A stretch of 63,760 nt of DNA, the filler included, from Octopus bimaculoides (lineage: Eukaryota): NCBI RefSeq assembly GCF_001194135.2. It is 6 parts of 6 records of this genome, joined end to end, with 100 filler letters (N's around TTAATTAATTAA, not from the genome) between each part and the next. Parts side by side here need not be neighbours in the genome. Positions count along the whole stretch, not along the records: positions 21,925 to 50,489 come from NC_068993.1; positions 50,590 to 59,213 come from NC_069001.1; 4 more parts are not named here. One strand, 5' to 3'. This document shows positions 39,697 to 52,472 of the stretch, piece by piece. The notes below the pieces were generated by a model. The model made no database searches, was not told where the DNA came from, and saw only the letters and a list, made by a program, of their open reading frames with translations. The translations under genes and the position numbers were made by a program. The first letter of the stretch is position 1, and each line of letters starts with the position of its first letter.

Positions 39697-40609
39697 ATTA
39701 CCTTTGATGGTTTTTATTCCCATGCTGACCACTTGATAAGATCAATATTTTAAATATCGATCTTATCCTTATTTATATATGTATATGTATGTATATATAG
39801 GGAAAGAAAATGAGAGTGAGGGAAACAGAAAGATAGAGAGAATAGATAGAAAAATTGATTTTAGTAATTCGCTTTTTTTTACTTATTTTCTCTTCCCCAG
39901 AAGATTAAAGTTAAAGCTGGTCTTGGTAGTGATTTGAACTCAGAATCCTAAGTGCTGGAATAAATACTACTTGTTACTTTGTTTGACACTTTAAAGAAAC
40001 TGCCAATGAACCACCTATAACTGAGAATGGCTAATATTGATACCAATCAATCCTGATCTATTGTTTTAGATATTCTTTTATGATTGAACCTGATTAATTA
40101 TGGAACACTTCAAATTATTATTGAGGACTATAAAGGACGTATTTTTCCCCCCTCATTTATCGTGGTTTCTGTTAGGTCCACTCATTTGTATTGATGCAAC
40201 AAGATGTTGCTTCTATTGAAGTGCTGTTCCATCTGATAATGAAGGCTTATCATCATTAACTGGGTCCTGGAGGACCTATTTCTCACTACAAGGCAACCAC
40301 TGATAGCATGGAAAATTTTAATTCAAAGTGCAAAAAGCTGGAACAGATATCACAAATGATCACATCTGACATTCTAATAAAACAGCAGATCCACAGCCCT
40401 TCACTAATATTCAATTTTATCAACACCAAAAGGATGAAAGATAAAGTTAACGTTTGCTATAATGAATACAAAAACGTACAAAAACAAAGCAAACATATTA
40501 AAATCTATTATTTATAAATGAATCACATTGAGATATGTCATTAATAAAGGCTTTATTTGTATATTTCTTGATGCTTCTACGCTAATGCTCTCAATGTAAA
40601 CAAACTTTA

Positions 40610-40830
40610 AGGCCATGAGCTGGCAGAATCTTTAGTACATTGGACAAAGTGGTAAGCAACATTTCATGTTTGTACATTCTGAGTTCAAATTCTGCCAAGG
40701 TTGACTTTGTTTTCATCGTTTCAGGGCCAATAAAATAAGCAGCAGTCAAACACTGGGGTCGATGTAATCAACTCACCCCCACTCCCGGAAATTTTTGCCT
40801 CCTGCCAATATCTGAAACAAATGTAAAGAA
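40610..40830 (+). mobile_element. SINE family A
   Basis: gagctggcagaatc...ctgagttcaaattctgccaaggttgactttg...ctggggtcgatgtaatc. Confidence 0.8.
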
Positions 40831-41260
40831 ACTTTCACACTGGTAAGATTAAAGCATTTAATTTGTACAAAAGCAGAGCAAAAGTTGATCTAGAGTAATT
40901 ATTAACACACAGCCCTCCATTAAAAAAGGTACACAGTTCAATCCCTGTCAGCATTGATAATATTTTTCCTTTTCTGTCCAATGAATTTTTAATATAATTT
41001 TCAATAAACTAATATTTAAAGAAAAATTTTCATTGAGTTACATCGTTAATATAGACTTATTTCATAAAAACAAACCAGAAAAATGTTGCTTATCTGATTT
41101 CTTTGTCATTTTTATAGATTTTACAATATGATGACATCAATTCTCATTTCGATTCAAGTTATGGCTGATCGGGTGATTTCAAGTGTATGAAATAAGAATC
41201 ATCGAAACACCTCTCTTACTGACCAGGAAATAAATTGAGCCAAGACAATCTGTTACTTAC

Positions 41261-41321
41261 ACTCAACTTCACTGGGACTTCTGCCAAACAGCTACTAAGC
41301 GCCATCTGAAGTTCCTTTTAG
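41261..41321 (-). CDS. candidate first coding exon, product unknown
   Basis: Minus strand: ttttgtcAG|...cagATG GCG CTT...AAG TTG AGT|GTAAGT; ATG at 41305 gives MALSSCLAEVPVKLS ending in phase 0; in-frame stop upstream of the ATG. Confidence 0.25.
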
Positions 41322-41400
41322 CTGACAAAATAGATCTAATTCCTTGCCAAGCAGTTAAAGTATATAAATAGTTATAAGTATGTTTCTATGTACACATATA

Positions 41401-41438
<38 letters not shown>

Positions 41439-42105
41439 NNNNNNNNNNNNNNNNNNNNNNNNNNNNNNNNNNNNNNNNNNNNNNNNNNNNNNNNNNNNNN
41501 NNNNNNNNNNNNNNNNNNNNNNNNNNNNNNNNNNNNNNNNNNNNNNNNNNNNNNNNNNNNNNNNNNNNNNNNNNNNNNNNNNNNNNNNNNNNNNNNNNNN
41601 NNNNNNNNNNNNNNNNNNNNNNNNNNNNNNNNNNNNNNNNNNNNNNNNNNNNNNNNNNNNNNNNNNNNNNNNNNNNNNNNNNNNNNNNNNNNNNNNNNNN
41701 NNNNNNNNNNNNNNNNNNNNNNNNNNNNNNNNNNNNNNNNNNNNNNNNNNNNNNNNNNNNNNNNNNNNNNNNNNNNNNNNNNNNNNNNNNNNNNNNNNNN
41801 NNNNNNNNNNNNNNNNNNNNNNNNNNNNNNNNNNNNNNNNNNNNNNNNNNNNNNNNNNNNNNNNNNNNNNNNNNNNNNNNNNNNNNNNNNNNNNNNNNNN
41901 NNNNNNNNNNNNNNNNNNNNNNNNNNNNNNNNNNNNNNNNNNNNNNNNNNNNNNNNNNNNNNNNNNNNNNNNNNNNNNNNNNNNNNNNNNNNNNNNNNNN
42001 NNNNNNNNNNNNNNNNNNAGAGAGAGAGAGAGATCAAATATGTGTGTGTATATATATATGTGTATCTTGATGCATGGATGGAGAAATTGATAGATATATA
42101 GATAA

Positions 42106-42150
<45 letters not shown>

Positions 42151-43067
42151 TAGATAGAGAGAGATAACGTGAGAGACAGAGCATGAGAGAGAGAAAGATA
42201 AGCAAAAAGATAAATAGGAGATGGATAGATATATTGGCAGAATGATTGATATGCATTTATGTGTGTGTGTGTATACGCATGTGTGTGTATATATACAAAT
42301 ATATATACACACATACATAAATGCACATATATATATATATGTATATATATATATCGGTATATGTGTGTGCATACGTACATATGACTATATATACACACNN
42401 NNNNNNNNACACACACACACATATATTTACACAGAGATTGAGAGAGAGAGAGAGTGTGAGAGTGAGAGAGTGAGAGAGAGAGAGTGAGAGAGATAGAGAG
42501 AGAGAGAGAGAGTGAGAGAGAGAGACCCTCCATCGATAGATGAACAAAATAATTGGCAAAGATGGTGTATGTGTTAATTCATTAAGGTATTTCAATTAAG
42601 AGAGAATTGGTACGTCTGCTAAAGTTAACCAAAGTTCAGTCTGTTTCTGATAATAAGAACAAGACCAAATATTTGAAACTATGGAATCAATGGAGTTGAA
42701 AGAACCAAACCACTTTCAACAGACTTGCAAGTAGAATATAAACTGTATGTAAAAATACTTCCAGTTGTTCATATTTACCTCTGTTGTTCCATGCTAGCAT
42801 GAATCGGATGAGTATATCATCGAGATATTGTTTTATAACCTGATGCCTTTCCTGTCACTAACCCTCACTTGCTTTTCAAGTAAAGGATCTTTTATTTCAC
42901 ATACTTCTGAAAGTGTAAAGCCAATGGATGGTTTGTAGACAGGAGAGAGGACAAGAGTTTTGTTGCTTTGGAATTTGAGATTTTCAGAAAAACACAAATG
43001 TAAATGTAAGGAAGGATAGGAATATATTAGATTTATAAGTCCTAAAATTCACTCCATGATTGCCCTC

Positions 43068-43300
43068 GGGCATATGGCATTGTGGTTAAGAGCGCAGGCT
43101 ATTAACCCCAAGATTCTGAGTTCAGAAAAATAATAACAGCATAAAAAAACCCTTAGGAATGAGAACCCAGGTTCAAAATTTTCCCAAGGTGCCTGATGAA
43201 GGCTGGAGGGTATATCAGCCAAAACGTGTTAACAACAAACAAGATGAGGACAAATATCCATCAAAAGTAAATAATGTAAATAATGTACAAATGTAAATAA
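43068..43300 (+). mobile_element. tRNA-headed SINE-like element with hammerhead-type body (decayed copy)
   Basis: Box A-like TGGCATTGTGG (43075-43085) and half box B GAGTTCA, then AAT-rich spacer, then gagaacccagg...ctgatgaaggctggagggtatatcagcc shared with 46623-46792; here GAAA is AAAA and 3 nt are lost. Confidence 0.75.
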
Positions 43301-43464
43301 TACACATACATGTACATATATACTTGCATATAAATATGCATATACATACACATATTTAAATATGTGTATGTATGTGTATATTTATATGCAAGTATTATAT
43401 CAATAAATGTGTAATATATGTATATATGCATAATGTATATATGTATGTATATTTATATAATATA

Positions 43465-43650
43465 TCCTGTGTTGGTGCCACATAAAAAACACCCAGTATA
43501 TTCTGTAAAGTCGTCGACATTAGGAAGGGCATCCAGCCGAAGAAACCCAGCCAAAACAAACAAGTGGAATGTGGTACAGCTCCCCTGCTTGCCAGCTCCT
43601 TGTTAAACCATCCAACCCATTCCAGCATGGAAAACAGACGTTTGCGCAGC
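43465..43650 (+). mobile_element. repeat family D
   Basis: ttaggaagggcatccagccg...ccatccaacccattccagcatggaaaacagacgtt. Confidence 0.75.
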
Positions 43651-44351
43651 TGACATTTTCTTTGTGCTTTGGCAATCCTGTTCTGTTCATACAAGGTATA
43701 TATATATATATATTATATACACACAATAAATTAAACAGAGAGATTCAATTGACAATCCAATGATTTATCTATATTATGATATAACACAATATACTATGTC
43801 TCTCATTGTATGATTCCAGCCAGCGGGGTCAGTTGTGTTTTCCTGAAGTAAAAAAGGAGACATTTTTTTGTTGCTGCCCTCATGAGAGAAAATATGCATT
43901 AACAGCTAAAGGAATATCCTTATTAGTCTCATCTGCATTTCACTAAATTCATATAGTATATATATCATATATATACACACATGCATATATACTTATGTAT
44001 AAATATATTTGTGTTACACTGTCTTAAAGTGCATCTCTTTCTTGTTCCATTTAACATCAAAACTTTGGACATCTTCAATCTCTCCCTTGTCTCATAAACA
44101 TATTTATATATCCAGACTTCTAAGTTTTGTAAATCTCATATTTTATTATTCCCCAAATAATCATAATCTGTTTTATTTTTACCTGAAATAAAGTCTCAGA
44201 ATTTTCACCTTCCATTCCATCAAGCTATTCCTTTTGCAATATATCAGCTCTTATAAAGGCCATACTTCATTTATGAATTCTTAGAAAGTTTGTGGACTTT
44301 TCAGCTTATCCAATGCTAAATCTTTAATTTTTATTTACTTATTTGTTAATA

Positions 44352-44625
44352 TGAGAGTGAGTCAAAAAGTAATGCCATTTTCTTTATTTCATGCGAAGTT
44401 TTTGATAAAAAAAATAACTGATTATAAATGATTGTATCATTTACGTTCTGAAATATTTTGTTTCTTACTTTTCAGGTTTTTAGACTGGTAAGGAAAATTC
44501 AAAATGGATGCCCCCCCCCCCTTAGACTTACGTCAAAAACAAAGAGCAGTGATTGAATTCCTTGTTGCTGAGGGGGAAACCCCTGTGAACATTCACCAAC
44601 GATTACAAAATGTCTTTGAAGACAG
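44352..44625 (+). mobile_element. mariner transposon 5' fragment
   Basis: TA|tgagagtgagtcaaaaagtaatgcc TIR-like start; ATG at 44504 gives MDAPPPLDLRQKQRAVIEFLVAEGETPVNIHQRLQNVFED, a mariner transposase N-terminal HTH region. Confidence 0.8.
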
Positions 44626-44701
44626 ACTTTTACAGTTCCAATGATGGATTAGACCTGTAGTCTTTGAAATTAGCTTTTTATGTATGCATGGATGGATGTA
44701 T

Positions 44702-44749
<48 letters not shown>

Positions 44750-46622
44750 TTAATCTATATATGTATTATATTATGTTTATATTCATATCGGAAATTATGT
44801 GATTTGAGAGATATTTGGCTGCTATTTCTAACACATCAAACAACTACCCTGAGCCTCCCTCGTCAGTTCCGTTATAATCATGCATTAAAGTGGATGGCTC
44901 CAGTTCCTGCCATTCATTCGTCGTCTTGGAGTAAGATTTGAACCCTTTCAAGTGCAGCAGCACCGGGAAAGTGGGCAGAACGGGTGAAGAAGGAATAAGG
45001 GTCATATTCCTTTAGATGTTAGACGGATAATTAATTTAGGGGACAGATTATTGAGTTAGTAATGGGGTAGGTGGCCATCAGTGATAGTTGTTGTCAGCAG
45101 TGGTGGTGATGGTGGTGGTGGTGACGGTGGTGGTGGTGGTATTGGTGGTAGTGGTGGTGGTAGTGGTGGTGGTGGTGGTAACAGTAGTGGTGACAGTGGT
45201 GGTAGTTGTAGATGTGATGGTAATTGCAATGGTAGAGGATGGTAGTAGTAAGTATTCATTGTGGTATTGATGATAGTGTTGGTAGTGATGGTGGTGGTGT
45301 GGGTGCTTGTGACAGGGAAGATGCTGGTGGTGGTGGTGGGAGGGGAAGATGTAGATGTAGGTGGTGGTAATGGTAGTAGTGGTGGTAGTGGAGATGGTCA
45401 TGGTAGTGGTAGTGGTGGTGATAGTGGTGGTAGTTATGGTGCTGATGTTGTNNNNNNNNNNNNNNNNNNNNNNNNNNNNNNNNNNNNNNNNNNNNNNNNN
45501 NNNNNNNNNNNNNNNNNNNNNNNNNNNNNNNNNNNNNNNNNNNNNNNNNNNNNNNNNNNNNNNNNNNNNNNNNNNNNNNNNNNNNNNNNNNNNNNNNNNN
45601 NNNNNNNNNNNNNNNNNNNNNNNNNNNNNNNNNNNNNNNNNNNNNNNNNNNNNNNNNNNNNNNNNNNNNNNNNNNNNNNNNNNNNNNNNNNNNNNNNNNN
45701 NNNNNNNNNNNNNNNNTATAAGTGTGTATGTGTGTGTATGTGCATGTATGTATATACGTATTTGTGTGTGTATATGTGTGTATGTGTGTGAATGTATGTG
45801 TATAAGTGTGTATGTGAATGTATATGTGTGTATGTATGTGTATGCACATGTAAGCTTGTGTATGTGTGTATATATGTATTTGTGTGTATATGTGTGCATG
45901 TGTGTATATATGTGTATATGTATGAACGTATGTGTATAAATGTGTATATGTGTATGTATGTGTATGTGTGTGTGCATGTGTGTGCATGTTGCAGCAGAAG
46001 TGGGATGGGGAGTGGCTAGTGAGTGTCTGCATGTTTGATAAGGTTTCTATCTCCCTCAGCATCAGCAGCACCAAATGGTGATCAAGGGGTCAGATCTGGG
46101 AAATATGGAATTAAGGAGATGAATCACTTCTTAACTCCTTTATATTATTGCGTGTGTAAATACATATATATATAGTTTGAATGTATGTGTGTTTGTGCAT
46201 GTATTTCGTGTCTATGTACATCTGTATGGTTTCGTGTTTGCGTGAGGGTACATGTATGTATATATATATATATATATATACATACATACATGAATATATG
46301 TATGTATGTATATATATATATATATATATATGCATACATATATATACATATACACACACATACACACACATATATATAAATATTGCTGTGTTTTGGGATG
46401 GTCATTTGTTTTTTCCTTGCCAAATAAACACACACTATATAGTCATTCTTCACTTGGTTATTATTATTCTTATTTTATCCTATGTCCATTGTCTGGAAGT
46501 CTTTCATCACACATCTATGACCTCTTCAGTGGATCTTTCCATCCACGTGTTCTGTCTTGCTCCACTTGACCCACACACACACACACACACATGTATATAA
46601 TTACAATGAGGAAGAAGAAGAA

Positions 46623-46792
46623 GATCGAAAAGTACCTAAGAGAACCCAGGTTTGAAATTTCCCCAAGACACCTGATGAAGGCTGGAGGGTATATCAGCCG
46701 AAACGTTGTGTTAAGAACAAACAAGATGAGGAAAAATATCCGTCAAATGTAAATAATGTACATAATTCCTCATCTCTTCAATATAGAACTGT
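46623..46792 (+). mobile_element. second copy (no tRNA head seen) of the hammerhead-bearing SINE-like family
   Basis: High similarity to 43150-43290; lacks the tRNA head; extends further 3'. Confidence 0.8.
46667..46712 (+). ncRNA. minimal type I hammerhead ribozyme, intact core
   Basis: GACAC-CTGATGA-A-GGCTG(GAGGGTATAT)CAGCC-GAAA-CG-T-T-GTGTT: helix I 5 bp, helix II 5 bp, palindromic ACGT helix III, predicted cleavage after 46707. Confidence 0.75.
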
Positions 46793-49700
46793 GTCAAAGA
46801 ATCCTGCATGTTTTTGTGCATGGATATATATATCAAAATGGCTGCACATTAAGTTGATGGATAACTCAGTATTTTTCAGTTGTGTTCTATATTTATTCAT
46901 TTTTCTTTTTAAGAAGGACGACTAAAGATGGACGAAATGCCACTAAGCATTTTAGTCGGGATGCTAGTCATTCTACCATCACACACTGCTTTGACACAAT
47001 CGAAATGTTGCAGTGCTTCTTGTCCAAAATTCTACAGATTCTCCCAATCCACTACCCTAAATGGCACAGAATATTAATAGAAAAAAAAAAGGGAAAAAAC
47101 CTCAATCATATCCCAAAAACTGTTTCCTTCATTTGATGATGTCACTACCAAACTTCTACCAACTCGGCCAATCATTTCTTTTTGCTATATTCATAGATGG
47201 CAGCACATGTGCCTCTGTTGAAATGGTAATTCCAAAAATAAGATATTCTGTTAAAGAGGAAATTACATTAATTGCNNNNNNNNNNNNNNNNNNNNNNNNN
47301 NNNNNNNNNNNNNNNNNNNNNNNNNNNNNNNNNNNNNNNNNNNNNNNNNNNNNNNNNNNNNNNNNNNNNNNNNNNNNNNNNNNNNNNNNNNNNNNNNNNN
47401 NNNNNNNNNNNNNNNNNNNNNNNNNNNNNNNNNNNNNNNNNNNNNNNNNNNNNNNNNNNNNNNNNNNNNNNNNNNNNNNNNNNNNNNNNNNNNNNNNNNN
47501 NNNNNNNNNNNNNNNNNNNNNNNNNNNNNNNNNNNNNNNNNNNNNNNNNNNNNNNNNNNNNNNNNNNNNNNNNNNNNNNNNNNNNNNNNNNNNNNNNNNN
47601 NNNNNNNNNNNNNNNNNNNNNNNNNNNNNNNNNNNNNNNNNNNNNNNNNNNNNNNNNNNNNNNNNNNNNNNNNNNNNNNNNNNNTATATATATACATATA
47701 TATATATTTGTGTATTATATAAATATATATATATGGTAGCTATAAATATAAATGTTTGTTGTTAATATCAAGTTCTATATAAAAAAAAAACTGTTTCACA
47801 TGAAACCAAAAGATTTTTCGATACATTTTATTAGCGTTCATTTTTATTAATCTTTTACAAGGAAAAGTCGATAACGACTTAAGAGATTTGATCTGCTGGC
47901 CTTCATCAGACAGACGGAAGGAAATTAGTAAGACATTTAAATGCACTCTCAGCCATTTCTTGTAAAAGTGAATAAGTCCACACACACACATGTATATATG
48001 CATGCATGCACATACACACACATACACATACGCTCACACACACTCACATACCTACACACACACACACACAATCTCACACACACACACAGACTCACACACA
48101 TACTCACACATATGCACATACACACATATACACACACATATACACACATACACACAGCATTATTTTTGAAGTTTGTTATTTGTCCTCTTGGTCTGTTCTG
48201 ATGAACCACTAAATTACAAGGACACAAACACACACTCATACACAACACAGAAAGGGCTTCCATTGAGTTTCCACATATCAAATTCACCCACAATCCATCA
48301 ATCAATCCAAAAATTAAAGCAGAAGACACATAACGAAAATGCTGCAGAGTGGGATTGAACTAATAAGCACATGGTTGCAAAATAGTGAATTTCTTAACCA
48401 CACAGCTATACACAGTAAATACATTTTTCTTCCTTTCTTTTTTTTTCCCATTTTTTTTTTCTAATTCCATATATTCTAAGCACTGTCTGGAACTGCAGGG
48501 TACCATATTCTTTACACATTCTCCAATGTCCACCACAAAATGACTTTGATGTCAAAAGTCTTGCAGCTATTCATTAAATAAATGTAAATATTTCTGTTTC
48601 CCATTAGCTTTTTCTAATAGTTCTTATAACACTACATACTTTTGAATATACACTTGATTATAAACGAAAGCCACTTGAAACATAAGATACGGCATTGCTG
48701 CTAAGGTCTAAACTGTTTGACACTATCAAATTCGAAAATGAGTGCTTCTTAGAAAACTCATTATTAAACTATGCAAATCTCTTCATCTCCCTTTCATGTC
48801 TCTTTATCCATCTTGCTGTCTCTCTTTATATATATATATATATNNNNNNNNNNNNNNNNNNNNNNNNNNNNNNNNNNNNNNNNNNNNNNNNNNNNNNNNN
48901 NNNNNNNNNNNNNNNNNNNNNNNNNNNNNNNNNNNNNNNNNNNNNNNNNNNNNNNNNNNNNNNNNNNNNNNNNNNNNNNNNNNNNNNNNNNNNNNNNNNN
49001 NNNNNNNNNNNNNNNNNNNNNNNNNNNNNNNNNNNNNNNNNNNNNNNNNNNNNNNNNNNNNNNNNNNNNNNNNNNNNNNNNNNNNNNNNNNNNNNNNNNN
49101 NNNNNNNNNNNNNNNNNNNNNNNNNNNNNNNNNNNNNNNNNNNNNNNNNNNNNNNNNNNNNNNNNNNNNNNNNNNNNNNNNNNNNNNNNNNNNNNNNNNN
49201 NNNNNNNNNNNNNNNNNNNNNNNNNNNNNNNNNNNNNNNNNNNNNTATATATATATATATGCATATTTACATACATACATGTACATACCTACATATATAT
49301 GTATATACACATGCATATATCGGTACAGGATATCAAAAATAAACATGAACAACATGAAAAACGAGAACATAAAAAAAGAAAAACATGGAAAACAAACTTT
49401 TTTTCGAACAACGAAAGAAACAAATAGAGAAAGGAGACAGGCAACATGAAGAACAACCCCTTCGTCAGTTGTCCCCTGTTTTATCAACACTGCATTTTGA
49501 ACGCTAGGACAAGATGTGTCTTCGTCAAAACATTCATTCCCGCAAAGCAAATTAAATAAAATTTAGGATTTGTGGAGGGTTAAAGTGGTAACAAAACCAG
49601 AACAGTAAAAACAAAACGGTATGGGCTATTAAGCCATAATGAGGTGAAATGGTGAATGCTGGAGAAACAAGCTTTGACAGGAGACAGGTAAAAATGCGTG

Positions 49701-49948
49701 TTGAAGTCATGAAATTGTGTTGCTGTTTAAGCAATAATCCAGAATAATAATTATAAGTAACACTTTTAATTAACACTTTTAATTAATGCTATTAAAAGCA
49801 ACAAACGCGTATGCATGTAAATGTATTAGATAAAACACGTTCATTTAAGTACATAAGCATATAATCCATCTGACTCATGCAAGTGTAGAAAAGTAGAAGT
49901 TAAAATAATTATATACACACATGCATACATCTCTTTCTCTCTCTCTCT

Positions 49949-49991
<43 letters not shown>

Positions 49992-50589
49992 TCCAAGTAA
50001 TTCCAAGCAGCAAATGTTAGCAGCTATTGAGATTATAAGAATCCCCCTACCACCACCCACCACCAACACCAACAGCAACAACACCACCATCACCAGTATG
50101 AGAAAAATATAGATATAAAAAAAAACAAGGTATATAAAGCTGTGGCATAAAAGCATCAAAAATTACTCAAGTGTGTCCCTTTTTACAGCTCCCAAGACAT
50201 GAAGCCAGATAAGATAATTACATCTGAGACATCTTTCTGAAGAATTTGGCAGCTTAAGTTTCTTCTGCCTGCTCTCTTTAGTTTATCAGCTTCACTTAAG
50301 TGACTGCATTTTATCTAAATACATTTACATACATACACATATATACATATATATATATAGCCTGTGTTTTCCAGATTGGAGGTGAACACCTTTCTCCATA
50401 TGATTGGCTTGAAAACTTGTTAAGACAGTTGGATATTTTCCTACTTTTCTTAACATGAAACAAATGGTAGCCTAATATATATATATATANNNNNNNNNNN
50501 NNNNNNNNNNNNNNNNNNNNNNNNNNNNNNNNNTTAATTAATTAANNNNNNNNNNNNNNNNNNNNNNNNNNNNNNNNNNNNNNNNNNNN

Positions 50590-51000
50590 CGACCCCAGTG
50601 TTTCACTGCTACTTAATTTATTGGCCCTGTAAGGATGAAAGGCAAAGTCGACCTTGGTGGAATTTGAACTCAGAACATAACGAGGGGTGAAATGCCGCTA
50701 AGCATTTTATCCAGTGTGCTAATGACTCTGCCAGCTCAACTTCAATTATAATAACGATGATAATGATAATAACAATAATAATCTTTTCTACTCAAGGCAG
50801 AAGGCCAGAAATTTTGGGGGAGGGGGGCCAGTTGATTAGATCGATCCCAGTATGCAACTGGTACTTAATTTATCGACCATAAAAGGATGAAGGGCAGAGT
50901 CGACCTCGGCAGGATTTGAACTCAGAACGTTAAGACAGATGAAATACTGCTAAGCATATCGCCGGGCGTGCTAACGTTTCCGCCAGCTTTCCGCCTTAGG
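50590..51000 (-). mobile_element. two tandem family A SINE copies (50590-50740 and 50780-51000)
   Basis: ggatgaaaggcaaagtcgaccttggtggaatttgaactcagaac and gcagagtcgacctcggcaggatttgaactcagaacg. Confidence 0.85.
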
Positions 51001-52472
51001 AAAGAAAAATACCATCACCACTCTACTAACACCTTTACTACTAGTTACGACTACTACTACTGCTACTAACAATATTACCACCACTAACACCATTACTACA
51101 ACTACTACTACTAATACTACCACCACCACCATGTTTACTACTACTACTGCTGCTGCAGCTGCTACTACTACTACTACTATTACTACTTGCACGGTTACTA
51201 CAACTGCTGCTACGACCTTTACTAGTAGCACTAAAATCACAACCACTTCTACTACCACCACCACCACTTATGTCATGGACACTATTATCACAACACTCCT
51301 CCTACCACTACCACAATACAATCACCAATATTACTAACATACTATACACCACCACCACCACCATCACCACTACCATCACCACTACCATCACCATAGCGAC
51401 AACCACAACAGACCATATCTACTGGGATAAACAACATAAAACTACGGTCTGGTTTTGATATATTAATAATTTCCTTTATATACACTGGAATGTGTATATA
51501 TGTGTATATATGTGTATATATGATTGCGTGTTCCTATGCATGCATGCATGCGCGTGTATGTGTATGTGTGTGTGTGCATGCATGTTTATGTGTGTGTGCA
51601 ATCTAGGAACCATCTCCCTCCTTTAGTCAATCACAGCTGTTGTACATCAAATACATATACACACACACAAACATGTGCATGCATGCTCACACACACACAT
51701 GCAGACATACACACTCTCATACATATGTACAAGCATGTGCACAAACACATACATACATACACACACATACATACATACAGATATACATACACACAAAGAT
51801 GTACATTCACATGCACACAGACATGTATGCACACACAAGCACACATACAGGCATACATACACACACACACACATAGAGACATACATACACACATAAAGAT
51901 GTACATACACACAAGAACATGTACACACACACATACATACACACACCCACACAAACCATACATACACAGAGATGTGAACACACATACAGACATGCACACA
52001 GGGACATATGTACACACAAACATGCATGCATAAACGTAGAAATACACACACACACACAAACACAGAGGAACATATATACATACACATGTGCATGGACATA
52101 CATACACACACACACACACAGATGTAGATCCACAAACACACATGCATCTATGTAGGATTATTCCACAGCTGGAATAGACTGGACGATGGAGAGATGATGT
52201 GTATTAGTTCTAAAGAAAGACTGCATCCCCCCCACCGACTCAGTTAAACAACCTGCCTATCTTCATACTGACCCCCACCATCAAACACTACACTAGCAAT
52301 CCAAACACACTTCACCCTCACTCCACTTGCAAAACCCCACCAACCAACCCCAAAACCATTTAAACTCACCCAGAAACATGGCTTTATGAAATACTTAAAC
52401 CTTTCGTTACCATATTTCTGTTGTAATGCATCGTTTTAACCCTTTAGAAGTTAGATTATTCTGCCAAATTTA

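Noticed and set aside
46480-46535. Minus-strand CTGAAGA...GAAA with a 4-bp helix II
   Set aside because: It lacks the U-H cleavage site before the helix I partner; probably chance.
47860-47915. Minus-strand CTGATGAAGGC resembling the hammerhead start
   Set aside because: No GAAA and no helix II or helix I partner follows.
49440-49550. Protein-like minus-strand peptide LCGNECFDEDTSCPSVQNAVLIKQGTTDEG
   Set aside because: No suitable acceptor or donor, and no family recognised.
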